A DNA stretch of 64,000 nt from an uncultured Methanomicrobiales archaeon (GCA_963697895.1 OY969100.1:608001-672000); one strand, 5' to 3'; shown: positions 39,841-51,341, numbered from the stretch's first letter. Program-made: numbers and translations. The notes: a model not told the origin generated them from the sequence alone.

Positions 39841-40836
39841 TCAACAGACACGGGGGACGGGGTCCCCGATCGGGGGTTCGATAAACCGTTCACCGCCGGC
39901 GATCGTTTCCATGATTACGTGGGCCCCCCCCGATACGATGCCGATATCCGCCGCGTCACGGCCATACGGATGGGAACGGAGCGCCATGAGAACCGCGGCA
40001 ACATCCCGTTCCGGTACCCCCATGATGACCTTCCCTTCATTGGCGACTTCCAGGGGGTCGATCCCGAGCATTCTCGATGCACTGAGCACGCTCTTCCGGA
40101 TCGGGACTGATTCCTCCGATATCCTGACCGAAACGCAACTTTTTCTCGCCATTTCGTTTATTGCACTCGCGAATCCGCCCCGGGTCGGGTCTTTCATCGC
40201 ATGAACTTCTCCCGCGTTCATTGCCCGTTCCACCAGACCCCAGAGCGGGGAGACATCCGATCGGATCTGTTCGCCGAGGTCGAACCCTTCCCGGTGTGCC
40301 ATAATTGCAATCCCGTGATCGCCGAGTGTACCGTTCACCAGGATATGGTCTCCGGGACAGAGCCCCGCATCCCGGACAACGGTCTCCGCGATACCGATCC
40401 CTGCAGTATTTATCACTATCCCGTCGAGACCTTCCCGTTCGACCACTTTGGTATCCCCGGTGACCAGGTTCGCCCCGCATTCACCGAGGGCAAGGTCCAT
40501 CGAACGGACAATTCTCTCGAGGTCCTCGACGAGAAACCCTTCTTCGATGATCATTCCGCACGAAAGGGCGATCGGACGCCCCCCCATCATCGCAAGATCG
40601 TTTACCGTACCGCAGATCGATATCCTCCCGATATCCCCGCCCGGGAAGAAAATGGGGCGGACCACGTGGGAATCGGTCGTGAACACGATATTCTGTCCGT
40701 TGATCGGAATCACGGCGCCGTCATCCAGGGCCTCGAGGCCGATCCCCCCCGCATTGTTGTGTTCGAGATTGGTCAGGACCCGGAGGAGCTCCCCCATCAC
40801 CTCTCCTCCCGCCCCATGCATCAGGGTCACTTTCAT
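39841..40836 (-). CDS. hypE: Hydrogenase maturation protein HypE
   Basis: MHGAGG, FTTDSHVV.PIFFPGGDIG, GTVNDLAM, KDPTRGG, ANEG, C-terminal PRVC. Confidence 0.96.
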   Translation of the reverse strand: MKVTLMHGAGGEVMGELLRVLTNLEHNNAGGIGLEALDDGAVIPINGQNIVFTTDSHVVRPIFFPGGDIGRISICGTVNDLAMMGGRPIALSCGMIIEEGFLVEDLERIVRSMDLALGECGANLVTGDTKVVEREGLDGIVINTAGIGIAETVVRDAGLCPGDHILVNGTLGDHGIAIMAHREGFDLGEQIRSDVSPLWGLVERAMNAGEVHAMKDPTRGGFASAINEMARKSCVSVRISEESVPIRKSVLSASRMLGIDPLEVANEGKVIMGVPERDVAAVLMALRSHPYGRDAADIGIVSGGAHVIMETIAGGERFIEPPIGDPVPRVC

Positions 40837-41174
40837 GACTCGTCCACCTCTATCACCATGTGGGAGACGACGATCTCCCTCCCCTTCACGAGTTCGGGGA
40901 GGGCACCGCATCGCGGGCAGACATGGCATTCATTGCCCTCGTATCCGCAGCCACACCGGGTATGCGGTTCCACCTCCTCGCATTCGAGGCTTGTGTCCCG
41001 GAAGAGGGGATCGGACTCCTTCAGGGTGTCAAAGAGAAACGTGACCTGCTCTGGATTTACCATGGCCATGGCTCCGACTTCCACGCAGATGCGTGTTATC
41101 CGTTGTGCATGGTGTTCGAGGGCCGTCCGGCGTGCCGTCGCGTATATATCGTACGCAATACTGTATTCATGCAT
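40833..41174 (-). CDS. hypA: Hydrogenase nickel metallochaperone HypA
   Basis: MHEYSIA, CGC / CPRC Zn site, GREIVV. Confidence 0.93.
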   Translation of the reverse strand: MHEYSIAYDIYATARRTALEHHAQRITRICVEVGAMAMVNPEQVTFLFDTLKESDPLFRDTSLECEEVEPHTRCGCGYEGNECHVCPRCGALPELVKGREIVVSHMVIEVDES

Positions 41175-41526
41175 AAACTGGCGTCTTAACCCCCACAATG
41201 AAGATCGGGACCCGGCTGCAGGAAACGCTCATGTTCCGGGACCTCCGTCGGATGTGCCACATTGCTACAGTACATGGGAAACCCGGATACATTAAAGCAT
41301 TCCAAACGAACAATACGGGGGAAATGTTGGTTGGAATACGTACTGGACATCCTGTCGGAATAGGGAGAATGGTGCCGGGCTTTCCCTGGTTCCGGTATTA
41401 TCACGCGGGTGCCAATCCTTCCTTTCTGGACGCTCATTTCCTGTAATTTTCCCGGTTTTCCCCGGGAAGGGCACATGCATCCTCCATTTGCTTAAAATAT
41501 ATTGTTCTCATACCATTCTATCACGA

Positions 41527-42183
41527 ATGTACCCCGGAGTTCTCGAGTTCATCCTCAACATCGATCAGCATCTCGGTCTGATCGTTTCACAATACGGGTT
41601 CTGGACGTACCTGATCCTCTTCATCATTATCATGCTGGAGACGGGACTGGTCATCACCCCCTTCCTCCCCGGGGACTCGCTCCTCTTTGTCGCCGGTGCC
41701 ATGGCGGCTGCGGGAGTTCTCGAACTCCCGTGGCTCATCCTCGTGTTCATTTTGGCAGCGATCATCGGCGACACCCTCAACTACTGGATCGGTAATTTCG
41801 TCGGTCTCCAGGTCGTGCTGAAACGGTACCCGACGCTGATAAAAAAAGAGTATATCACCCGGACGTACGGCTATTTTGAAAAATACGGCGGCAAGACGAT
41901 TTTTTTTGCCCGTTTCATCCCGGTCGTGCGGACGATTGCCCCGTTCCTCGCCGGAGTGGGCTCCATGAATTACCGCCGTTTCCTCATGTACAATGTGATC
42001 GGAGCAGTGGCATGGACATTAACCGTGGTCCTCGCCGGATACCTCCTCGGGCAGTATTCGGTTATACAGGAGAACATCAATCTGCTCATCTACCTGGTGG
42101 TCATCGTCACCATCGGTACGGTCCTGGTCATCATTTACGGCCTCATCCAGGCATACCGGCATCCGGCACCGGAAGAGGAATGA
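41527..42183 (+). CDS. DedA family membrane protein
   Basis: ETGLVITPFLPGDSLLF, GDTLNYWIG, ARFIPVVRT. Confidence 0.93.
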   Translation: MYPGVLEFILNIDQHLGLIVSQYGFWTYLILFIIIMLETGLVITPFLPGDSLLFVAGAMAAAGVLELPWLILVFILAAIIGDTLNYWIGNFVGLQVVLKRYPTLIKKEYITRTYGYFEKYGGKTIFFARFIPVVRTIAPFLAGVGSMNYRRFLMYNVIGAVAWTLTVVLAGYLLGQYSVIQENINLLIYLVVIVTIGTVLVIIYGLIQAYRHPAPEEE

Positions 42184-42230
42184 AAAGACCAACGCCGGAT
42201 CGGGGTTTACCGATCCGGAGAAACATGTTT

Positions 42231-42887
42231 TCAGGTATTCTGAAGATGGGGCCGGTTATATCCTAAAATAATGAGATAGACCATCGCCGCGAGGGTTATG
42301 CCGGTACTCACGAGGACGAGCACCTCGAGTATGTCTATATTATCCTGTATCAGGGGTACCAGTCCCGTGAGGTACCCGGCGAGTACGACCGTCAGCGAAA
42401 AGATGATTGCACTACCGATATTGAAGAGGATGAACCGGTTATACCGCATCTTTCCTGCACCGGCAAGAAACGGGGAAAACGTCCGTATAACCGGAATAAA
42501 CCGTGCAAAAAAGATGGTCCTCCCCCCGTACCGTTCAAAAAAGGTATAGGTCTTATTCACGTACTCCTCCCGGATCAGGTGGGGAAATTTTTTCTGGAAG
42601 ACCGGGAGACCCGTACGGCTCCCCAGCCAGTAATTCAGCGTGCTTCCGATAACTGCACCACTGATAAAGATGACCAGCAGATAGGCAAGGTTCAGTTGTC
42701 CCGCAGCTGCAGCTGCCCCGGCGACGAATATCAGGGAGGCCCCCGGGAGAAAAACTGCGAGAATCAGTCCTTCTTCAAACACAATGATGACGAACATGAT
42801 GAGATAGACCCAGAACCCGTACATCCGGATAATTTCCGGAAGAATGGTATCGCATTGGATGATTAACTGAAGGAATTCCGGGATCAT
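42231..42887 (-). CDS. DedA family membrane protein (second paralog)
   Basis: EEGLILAVFLPGASLIF, LNYWLG, ARFIPVIRT. Confidence 0.92.
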   Translation of the reverse strand: MIPEFLQLIIQCDTILPEIIRMYGFWVYLIMFVIIVFEEGLILAVFLPGASLIFVAGAAAAAGQLNLAYLLVIFISGAVIGSTLNYWLGSRTGLPVFQKKFPHLIREEYVNKTYTFFERYGGRTIFFARFIPVIRTFSPFLAGAGKMRYNRFILFNIGSAIIFSLTVVLAGYLTGLVPLIQDNIDILEVLVLVSTGITLAAMVYLIILGYNRPHLQNT

Positions 42888-43038
42888 ATGCCTAAACCCA
42901 TAGGTGTATCCACCTCATTGTTCTTTAGGTCTTCTTGGAAAAACCCATCGAGAAGTAAAATATGTTTCCGGGAGATCAAGGGGAGGAGAATTCCCGGGCA
43001 TTAATCGTGTTTTCACCCGGGCAATATTTCGCAGGAAT

Positions 43039-44106
43039 TCAGCCGGATTGTTCGATTTTCAACCCTTCATTGTCGACCGCCGTGCATATTGCAATCGAAA
43101 GCCCGAGGGATTCGACGATCGGTCTCACTTCTTCGGGGTTTTTCCGGGTAATAACCGCAATTGAGGGGCCGACGGAACTCATGCCTACAAATTCAAGACC
43201 GGCCTCCCGGAGCCGGCTCATGTAATGGTAGATCTCAAAGCTGTGATGCTCCACCTCTGCCCGCTTGGATCCCCGGAAATCGATCTCCCAGATCACTTCC
43301 CCGGCCTTTTCCAGGTTATCTTCTTCGAGGGCCGGAATGAGGTCCATCATCACGAGATATGCCTTGAGTGCCCGGTCCCGGTAATCGAGCATCCGTGCCT
43401 TGTTCATGAGGAGGTCAAATTCCTTATCTCCTGCAGAAGAGATATCCGACGGCGGAATGATGATATATACCCGCTTTCCCTCCGCAAACGGATGATGGTA
43501 GATCAGTGTCAGCTGGTCCCCCATGACTGCCATGCCCCCGTACAGGCTGACCGCCGGGCCTACCCCCGTCTCGAAACCGAATGCAATCTTTCCGTCCACC
43601 GTCTCCTCGACATAGTTATTGCCGATCATCTTTCTGAGCTGGTCTGCGTCGAGCGGGGATCCTACCGCACGGTTCAATGCAGTGGCGAGCGCGATCAGGA
43701 CGGTGCTGGTAGACCCGAGCCCTACATGAGCGTACTGGTGGTCCCGCGCCTTTATCCGGAATCCGCCGGTGTATCCGACGGTCTGCCGGAACACTTCACA
43801 GAAATGGCGGATGATGGAAGACCGGCCATAATCGATCTCCAGGCCCGACGGGATACATTCCGCTTCCACCGTGCAATAGAGCTGGATGGCAAAACCGACA
43901 CCCCCTCCTCCCGGACTTTCCGGTGCGAACCGGTTCATATCCATGACCGTCAGGTGGATTCGTGCCGGTGCAGTAACCGTTATTTTCTTACCAGGCGGCG
44001 CAATGACCGGTTTCTCCGGCAACCGGATCTTTCTGATCCGCTCCCCCGGAGCGAAGGAATTAAACTCGTATTCGACCAGGTCGAGGTCTCCGCCGCGTAT
44101 TTTCAT
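43039..44106 (-). CDS. GHMP-kinase fold protein related to beta-RFAP synthase
   Basis: APARIHLTVMD, GGGVGFAI, HVGLGST, GMSSVGP. Confidence 0.8.
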   Translation of the reverse strand: MKIRGGDLDLVEYEFNSFAPGERIRKIRLPEKPVIAPPGKKITVTAPARIHLTVMDMNRFAPESPGGGGVGFAIQLYCTVEAECIPSGLEIDYGRSSIIRHFCEVFRQTVGYTGGFRIKARDHQYAHVGLGSTSTVLIALATALNRAVGSPLDADQLRKMIGNNYVEETVDGKIAFGFETGVGPAVSLYGGMAVMGDQLTLIYHHPFAEGKRVYIIIPPSDISSAGDKEFDLLMNKARMLDYRDRALKAYLVMMDLIPALEEDNLEKAGEVIWEIDFRGSKRAEVEHHSFEIYHYMSRLREAGLEFVGMSSVGPSIAVITRKNPEEVRPIVESLGLSIAICTAVDNEGLKIEQSG

Positions 44107-44125
44107 CACCGGCACAAGGCATCTC

Positions 44126-44680
44126 CTATGATGATCTCCGGTCAAAGAAGATATTTTTTCCCGACGCCTTGAGCGGTATTCCATAGGCAACGGTGCAGTC
44201 AGGTACCCATCCGAGTGATATCGCCCCGATTCCTGCCGAATACATCACCCGGTTATCGACGTTGTGAAGGGCGGCTGTCTTCACCGCCGAACCGACGGCA
44301 ATACCGAGATCAGCCATCCGGAGCACGCAGTTCGGGCCTTTGAACGGAGGGGCAGGATGGTCCCCGGCCCTGAAGGCCGCTTCCATTTCCTGGCAGGATG
44401 CAAACCCGCAACCCCTGCAGTTTACCCCGGCGGTTTCCTGCCCGCGGACGCCGATGATCAGGCACGCATCACTCTCTGCCACGTTTCCTGCATCGCGGGA
44501 AAAAAAGCCCATCCCCTGGGATTCTCCAAAGGACCGCATCGCTGCCGCGAGCCGGGTACACTCATTAACGGTCGCGATCCGCGTTAAAATACAATCGATG
44601 CCTTTCGCTTTCGGTGCGGTCCTCGCTGCCAGTTCCATAAAAGCAGCGACCATCTCAACGGCTGACTCCCTCTTATCCAT
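44126..44680 (-). CDS. DUF2148 ferredoxin-domain / nitroreductase-like protein
   Basis: AARTAPKAKG, NCRGCGFASC, GPNC, DLGIAVGSA, DNRVMYSAG, KNIFFDR. Confidence 0.85.
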   Translation of the reverse strand: MDKRESAVEMVAAFMELAARTAPKAKGIDCILTRIATVNECTRLAAAMRSFGESQGMGFFSRDAGNVAESDACLIIGVRGQETAGVNCRGCGFASCQEMEAAFRAGDHPAPPFKGPNCVLRMADLGIAVGSAVKTAALHNVDNRVMYSAGIGAISLGWVPDCTVAYGIPLKASGKNIFFDRRSS

Positions 44681-44975
44681 AGGGAAGCTGTGGAGATCCC
44701 ACGATTTATAGATTTAGTCTCCGTACGGAACGCTCCCCCGCAGGAATGCAGGAAAGAGACCCCGCATTATCAGAACTGGAGGAAGAGAGACTCCCGCCTC
44801 GTCTCCGGTTGCTGTCCGGATTTCCCGAAAGGGTTGGTCCATTCGTTTTATGACAATATAAACAATCGCGACTGGACCGTTATTTATTATTTATCCGGTA
44901 ATATATCTCAGAATATCCGCGTTGAACAGCGCCGTTGACCCAAAATAAATACGATGAAGTCTCAAATTGATTCAC

Positions 44976-46160
44976 ATGACAGTCAGAGAGATAAAACCGG
45001 GTGTCTATAGCGTCGGCGCCCTTGATTTCGACCGGCGGCTCTTCGAAGCACTGATACCCACACCCCACGGGACCAGCTATAATGCATACCTGATCAGAGG
45101 TTCGGAGAAGACGGCCCTGATCGACACGGTCGATCCGTCCAGGGAATTCGAGCTGGTGTGCAACATTATCCGGTCGAATACCGAAAAAATCGATTATATC
45201 GTCTCAAACCATGCAGAACAGGATCATTCCGGTACGCTTCCGATGATGCTCGAACTCTTCCCGGATGCCCGTGTCCTCGCCAATGAAAAATGCCGGGACA
45301 CGCTGATCGAACTCCTCGAACTTCCGGAAAACCGTTTCTCCGTTATAAAAGATCGCGAAATTGTATCGCTCGGAGATAAGACGCTCGAATTTATCAGTGC
45401 CCCCTGGGTCCACTGGCCCGAAACGATGCTCACCTATCTCAGGGAAGACCGCATACTCTTTACCTGCGATCTCTTTGGATCCCATTCTGCGACGACCGAT
45501 CTCTATGCGGACGATGAAAAATCCCTATATAATGCTGCAAAGAGATATTATGCAGAGATCATGATGCCGTTCCGGGTCAGCATCAAGGGGCATATCGAAA
45601 AGATACAGCCGCTTCCCCTCGATATGATCGCGCCCAGTCACGGTCCCGTATACCGCAGACCGGAGTTCATCCTCGGAGCATACCGCGACTGGATCTCGGA
45701 CGAGGTAAAGAACGAAGTGGTCATTCCCTACATATCCATGCACGGAAGCACGAAAAAAATGGTGGATTACCTGACCGGCGCCCTGATCGAGCGGGGAATC
45801 CGGGTTCACCCGTTCGACATACCCGTGACGGACCTGGGGGAACTTACCATGGCACTGGTCGATGCGGCAACGCTGGTGATCGGTACACCGACCATGCTCT
45901 TCGGTCCGCACCCCGGGATCGTCTCACCGGTGTATCTGGCTAACGTCCTGAAACCAAAGACAAAATTTGCATCCATCATCGGGTCGTACGGGTGGGGAGG
46001 AAAGACGGTAGACACCCTGTCCGGAATGCTCGACCATATCAAACCCGAAATGCTACCCCCGGTATATGTAAAAGGTGCTCCAACCGCGGAGACACTCCGG
46101 CTGCTCGACCACCTCGCCGATGAGATCCGGGATCGCCACAAATCACTGAGTATTCTTTAA
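44976..46160 (+). CDS. fprA: Flavodiiron protein (FprA family)
   Basis: GTSYNAYLI, NHAEQDHSG, HWPETM, TCDLFG, PSHG, flavodoxin SMHGST and GSYGWGG. Confidence 0.92.
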   Translation: MTVREIKPGVYSVGALDFDRRLFEALIPTPHGTSYNAYLIRGSEKTALIDTVDPSREFELVCNIIRSNTEKIDYIVSNHAEQDHSGTLPMMLELFPDARVLANEKCRDTLIELLELPENRFSVIKDREIVSLGDKTLEFISAPWVHWPETMLTYLREDRILFTCDLFGSHSATTDLYADDEKSLYNAAKRYYAEIMMPFRVSIKGHIEKIQPLPLDMIAPSHGPVYRRPEFILGAYRDWISDEVKNEVVIPYISMHGSTKKMVDYLTGALIERGIRVHPFDIPVTDLGELTMALVDAATLVIGTPTMLFGPHPGIVSPVYLANVLKPKTKFASIIGSYGWGGKTVDTLSGMLDHIKPEMLPPVYVKGAPTAETLRLLDHLADEIRDRHKSLSIL

Positions 46161-46533
46161 AATCACGCGATTCCAGAAGGCTTGTCACGGAAACAGATCG
46201 ACCCCGTGAAACGAGAACCCTCCCTTCTTTTATGGAAAGCAAATTTGATTCTATTTGCGGGTATTTGCAGGGAATCACGGATATCGCCGTATAAATGTCA
46301 CAACAATTATAAGTATGCATGTACTACCTGTACATGAAACTGGCATGGCCGGTATACAGGAAACAAATTCAAATGCTGATACTCTATGGAAACATACACT
46401 GATACTCTCTCAGCATCTACTGTTATCCCTGGCCGTGCCATGTCAGTTAATGTTCCTTCCTGACCCGGGTAATTAGCATGCCCTGGAGATCCCGGTTAAC
46501 GGGGGATATTCTTCTGATATTCAGTACCCTATC

Positions 46534-46696
46534 CTAACCTGACAGGGTGCATCCGAAATCCGGAGATTACGGACACCCGGCACATTCTTCATAACATTCC
46601 GGATCTTATTCTAACCTGCCAGGTGCATCCGAATATCCGGGGGATTACGGATAACGGGCACATTCTTCATTACATACCGGATCTTATTCTAACCTG
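46534..46696. repeat. Imperfect 77/78-bp tandem duplication directly upstream of prk
   Basis: Units start CTAACCTG at 46534 and 46611, with a partial third at 46689 ending just before the ATG. Confidence 0.9.
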
Positions 46697-46698
46697 AG

Positions 46699-47649
46699 AT
46701 GAAGTGCCCAAATTTCAAGGACATTATCGTATCTTCGCCGCGGATATTTACGATCGGGGTTGCTGGCGACAGTGGGTCGGGAAAGACAACATTCACCGGC
46801 GCGATCCGGACAATTTTTGGCGCTGACCTGGTATCCACCATCACGCTGGACGACTATCACATCTATGACCGGGAAGAGCGGCAGAAACGCCATATAACAC
46901 CCCTCGCCCCGGAAGCAAATGATCTTCTGCGCCTTGAGAGGGATCTCGCCGCACTGAAACGAGGAGAGGAGATCCAAAAACCGGTTTACAACCACCATAA
47001 CGGGCGGCTCGATGAGCCGGTATCTTTCTCCCCGACAAAGATCGTCATCCTGGAAGGGTTGCTCACCCTGTTTACTCCCCGCCTCCGTGCACTCATGGAT
47101 TTTACCCTGTTTGTCGATCCGGCACCGGATGTAAGACATGAATGGAAGATCCGGCGAGATGTCCATTCACGGGGATATCCGGCCTCCGATGTGCTCAGGG
47201 AGATCGCGGAGCGCGATCCGGATTATCATGCATATATCGAACCCCAGCAGCAGTTTGCCGATGCCATCATCAGGATAGCCCATTCCCGATACGAGGGAGG
47301 CCCGGTGGAGAACATTTACCAGGTCACGCTCTACCAGAAAAAGCTCGACCGTATCTGTGAGGATATCGATCTCTCCATCAATCTCTTCGACCTCCTCTCG
47401 CTCGGTGACCGTAATTTCCTTCTGGAGTATCACCCCGAGGAACTCTTCGGGAGGGAGATGAGCGCACTTACCTTCGACGGAGAACTCAATTCCGATATCG
47501 TTCGTACCCTGGAACGAAGCATCGAAGCACAGACCCGGCTTCATCCGATCGCCCTCTTCGGGAACCGGCCTGCCGTAACCGCGGGGGAGATCGTTCAGCT
47601 GATCCTCAGCTGGAGGATCATCAACCGGCGAATCTTTCTGGAGATGTGA
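46699..47649 (+). CDS. prk: Phosphoribulokinase (archaeal RHP-pathway type)
   Basis: [47 protein letters not shown]. Confidence 0.88.
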   Translation: MKCPNFKDIIVSSPRIFTIGVAGDSGSGKTTFTGAIRTIFGADLVSTITLDDYHIYDREERQKRHITPLAPEANDLLRLERDLAALKRGEEIQKPVYNHHNGRLDEPVSFSPTKIVILEGLLTLFTPRLRALMDFTLFVDPAPDVRHEWKIRRDVHSRGYPASDVLREIAERDPDYHAYIEPQQQFADAIIRIAHSRYEGGPVENIYQVTLYQKKLDRICEDIDLSINLFDLLSLGDRNFLLEYHPEELFGREMSALTFDGELNSDIVRTLERSIEAQTRLHPIALFGNRPAVTAGEIVQLILSWRIINRRIFLEM

Positions 47650-47834
47650 CCGAGAAGAAAGCGGCAGATTCTTTGCCGGGATATCAACTGCTATGTCACT
47701 ACCCGCCGGTCTCCGGCAGCATTTTTTTCAGGTACAGAGTACCCACCTCACGCTTTACTAAATACCCGGAGCACAAGCCTGGTGGTGTTAACACCAGTAT
47801 ACCTAATATAAAATGCAGACCAACGTATTACGGA

Positions 47835-48653
47835 ATGAAACAGATTGCCCTCTACGGCAAGGGTGGGATTGGGAAATCGACAACCTCTGCAAACCTTTCC
47901 GCTGCCCTGTCGGATCTGGGCCTCGATATCCTTCAGATTGGATGTGATCCCAAAAGGGACAGCACCCGCATGCTCATGCAGGGCCGGCTCATACCGACGG
48001 TGATGGACCTGGTCCGGAGCCAGGGCGACGCGTCGATCACCCTCGGGGATATTGTGTTCGAGGGCTATCACCACGTACGGTGCGTCGAGGCCGGCGGCCC
48101 CGAACCGGGTGTCGGGTGTGCCGGGCGGGGAATTATCGCGACATTTCAGATCCTGGAACGGCTCGGTGCGCTCCATGGGGATGTCATCGTCTATGATGTG
48201 CTCGGGGATGTAGTCTGTGGCGGGTTCGCCATGCCCATGAGGGAAGGATATGCGGAAGAAGTCTACCTGGTGACGTCGGGAGAGCTGATGTCGCTCTATG
48301 CAGCAAATAATATCTGTAAGGCGATCCACCGGCTTTCACAGCGGGTTAAAAGCAGGTGCCGGCTCGCCGGCGTGATCTGCAACGCAAAGAACATCAATCG
48401 TGAGGAAGAGCTGGTCGCGGAGTTTGCGGAACGGATCCACAGCACCCTCATTCAATACATCCCCCGGGACAGGATCGTTCAGATCGCGGAACTGAATAAA
48501 AGAACCGTCATCGAATACGCACCGGACTCCCCCCAGGCGAGTGCATACCGTGCGCTTGCCTCATCCGTCCTTGAAAACAGGAGGCTCGATATTCCGAGAC
48601 CGATGGAGATCGATGAACTTGAATCCCTCGCCCTTGAATATATCGAGAGCTGA
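47835..48653 (+). CDS. cfbC: NifH-like Fe protein (probable CfbC/NflH)
   Basis: [42 protein letters not shown]. The cfb cluster lacks cfbC. The symbol is tentative. Confidence 0.7.
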   Translation: MKQIALYGKGGIGKSTTSANLSAALSDLGLDILQIGCDPKRDSTRMLMQGRLIPTVMDLVRSQGDASITLGDIVFEGYHHVRCVEAGGPEPGVGCAGRGIIATFQILERLGALHGDVIVYDVLGDVVCGGFAMPMREGYAEEVYLVTSGELMSLYAANNICKAIHRLSQRVKSRCRLAGVICNAKNINREEELVAEFAERIHSTLIQYIPRDRIVQIAELNKRTVIEYAPDSPQASAYRALASSVLENRRLDIPRPMEIDELESLALEYIES

Positions 48654-49656
48654 AGGGTGCACCCTCACGGGCGCTTTGTCGGTGACCACCTCGGTCATGG
48701 ACGCAGTCAGCATCGTGCACGGGCCGGCCGGATGTGCTCACCATAATTTTTCTCTTCTCCATGCGACCGGTCTCGATAACGACGTGATCCTCATCCCCCG
48801 GATCGTCTCCACCGCGATGAGTGAGAAGGATGTCATCTTCGGAGGGGAGGATTCGCTCTCGGCTGTCCTGAAGCGGGTGACCGCTACACATCCCGCATGT
48901 ATATTTGTCCTGACCTCGTGCATAGCGGATACCATCGGTGACGATGCCGGCGCGGTTTGCCGGAACAACGGGTCGGTTCCGGTCCATGTAATCCCATCCG
49001 GCGGATTTCTCGGGGGAGGTTTTCAGACCGGATATGAACGCGCCCTCTGTTCCCTCTCGGTCCTGGCTGATGAGCCCGGATGCGTCGGGGGGGTGACCCT
49101 TATAGGGGAGAAGAACCTCGAGTTTGAGGCCGAGCAGAACTTCCAGGAGGTTAAACGCCTCCTTATGCTGCTGGATCTCGACGTGACCCTGCGTTTCGTG
49201 AGAAAAATACCGTATGCAGATATCAGACGTCTTTCATGCGGTTCTCTGAATATCCTCCGGGATCCCGGTATTGAGATCATCGGCCGGAGTCTTCGGAGCC
49301 GCTTCGGGACACCGTTCATCGGATCGTTCCCGGTCGGCCTCTCCGGCACTCTTTCCTTTCTGGCGCAGGTCGCGGATGTTTTGGGTATCGACGCCTCTAT
49401 CGCAGTTAAATCGGAACGATCGATTCAGGAAGGGATCATACGCTCGTTCGACAATATCCGGGGATATAACATATGCCTGGATGGAGATTCACGAAGAGAT
49501 CCGGAAGTTCATGGACCGCTCGAAGAGTTGATCGATCTCCTGGATCTCACCCTCTCCCCCGGCGGAACAGGTTTGCCCGTCCCGGTTCCGTTCCCCGTCG
49601 GAAGCAACGGGATCCGGAGGATGCTCCACCGGTGGAGGAGAGTGCTCCGTGCCTGA
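48613..49656 (+). CDS. Nitrogenase component-1-like subunit A (short)
   Basis: [32 protein letters not shown]. Confidence 0.88.
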   Translation: MNLNPSPLNISRAEGCTLTGALSVTTSVMDAVSIVHGPAGCAHHNFSLLHATGLDNDVILIPRIVSTAMSEKDVIFGGEDSLSAVLKRVTATHPACIFVLTSCIADTIGDDAGAVCRNNGSVPVHVIPSGGFLGGGFQTGYERALCSLSVLADEPGCVGGVTLIGEKNLEFEAEQNFQEVKRLLMLLDLDVTLRFVRKIPYADIRRLSCGSLNILRDPGIEIIGRSLRSRFGTPFIGSFPVGLSGTLSFLAQVADVLGIDASIAVKSERSIQEGIIRSFDNIRGYNICLDGDSRRDPEVHGPLEELIDLLDLTLSPGGTGLPVPVPFPVGSNGIRRMLHRWRRVLRA

Positions 49657-50782
49657 ATGTTCCAATCCGGTCTGGCCCTGTGCGATGACCGGGGCATGTG
49701 CCTGTGTTGCGGGATTTGAAGGGGCAGCGGTCATAATCCACGGCCCGAGCGGATGTTATTTCTACCCGGCGACCGTCCTCCACCGAAAGCTCTACTGCAC
49801 CTTCCTTATCGAGGAGGATATCATACATGGGACAGAGGAGCGGCTGATCGGGCTGATCAGGAGCTTTCCCCGGAATACCAGAAGATTGCAGTCATTACCA
49901 CCTGCGTACCATCGCTGATCGGGGAGGATCTGAAGGGTCTCGTCGATTCCCGCGACGTTATCTTCATCGACATTCCCGGATTTCTCGGGGAGTTCGAGCT
50001 CGGATATCTTCATGCCCTGGAGAAACTCCCGGTGAAGGAAGACCCGCAGGCACCGGGGGTCAATCTTGACGGACTGAACCTGATGGACCCGTTTTGCCGG
50101 GGTAACATCGTCGAAGGAAAACGAATTCTTGACAGGATGAATGTACCGACGGGCACGGTGCTCTGCAATGATCGGGTGGAGAACCTCGGGCGCCTCTCCC
50201 CGTATACGATCGGAACGAACCCGGATCTGAGTAGCGGCCGGGGAAGACGACTCGGATCGATGCTTGGTCTCGAAGGAGTACGATCGGTCTGCTGCGAGAT
50301 AGCGAATCACTTTCCCTCTGCAGAACCCGGACCGGTATTCGACGAAACCGATGCCGCAGAGGATCTTATTACCCGGGCATGCGACCGGTATTTAAAACGA
50401 TATGACCCCCCGTCCGTCCTTATTTTCGGGGTTTTCTCCTATGCACTGTGCGTCGCGGAACTCCTGAAACGGTTTTTGGATGCGGATATCCTTCTGATAG
50501 GGTCGCGGAACGGGATCGCTTCGTCCCCGTTCAGGACCGAACAGGTGACCGATCTCGATCGTATCGCCGGACTCATCCGCGAACTTGAACCGGACCTGGT
50601 CTTTGGATCCTCTTTCGAACATTCCCTCCGGGGGAATGCCGGTTTCGTCGCATTAACCCCGCCCCTCCGGGGTACTGGTACGGCTCCGGTCCCAACCCCT
50701 CACCGGGATCGAGGGGTCACTCTCCTGCATGGAAGAAACGCTCAACGCGTGTATGGATCAGAAACGAAGAACGAATTGTTGA
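49649..50782 (+). CDS. Nitrogenase component-1-like subunit B, two frameshifts (near 49860 and 50673)
   Basis: WPCAMTGA, IHGPSGC, IIHGTEERL; then TTCVPSLIGED, FGSSFE; then PLTGIEG..MEETLNAC*. Confidence 0.82.
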
Positions 50783-50888
50783 AGGCGGGAAACACCCCTG
50801 CGGACACGATCCGGGCGTTTCACTTTCACACCGCGCAGAATGAACGGTTATATACCGCGGTTTGAGAGATATAGTCAGAGACAGGAAA

Positions 50889-51341
50889 ATGATGAAGAAA
50901 GCGGGATACATCGAACGGTGCGGTTGGGCTGCCCTGGATGAACACGGTGTACCCTGCGAGATCATCGCCCTTCACATTCAGGGCGCAACGTTCGGTGTCC
51001 GGTCCGATGCATTGATCGGTGCGGTAACGGGGGGTATTGCGGCCCGGATAGAGCGGATACAGCGCAACTGGAAAGATTACATGGAAGGGTATGCCGGAAG
51101 GGTGATGGTTTCAAAGTCCGGAAGAGCGCTGAATATCGAGCTCTTCAGCGGGGATAAATTCACCGTTTCCCTTGATGCGGTCCGGGATGTTATTGTTAAA
51201 AGAGCACGTTTTGCCACGATCGTCCAGATTCCGGACCGATCGTTGTTTGCTCCTCAAAAGGACCACAGGATAACTGAATTTGGGGAGATCTCCCCTCGTT
51301 CCTGCCAGGCGTTTGAGATCTCCGGGAAGCTGACCGCCTGA
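50889..51341 (+). CDS. Hypothetical protein
   Basis: About 150-aa ORF with a SKSGRALNI motif. Confidence 0.7.
   Translation: MMKKAGYIERCGWAALDEHGVPCEIIALHIQGATFGVRSDALIGAVTGGIAARIERIQRNWKDYMEGYAGRVMVSKSGRALNIELFSGDKFTVSLDAVRDVIVKRARFATIVQIPDRSLFAPQKDHRITEFGEISPRSCQAFEISGKLTA

Noticed and set aside
32582-44172. Long antisense ORFs (e.g. 32582-33400, 33585-34679, 40201-41295, 43225-44172)
   Set aside because: They are shadow frames of well-supported genes in GC-rich DNA, with no motifs.
47835-50782. Bona fide nitrogen-fixing nifHDK
   Set aside because: The subunits are too short, no FeMo-co ligand motifs were recognised, and there is no nifI/nifE/nifN/nifB context.
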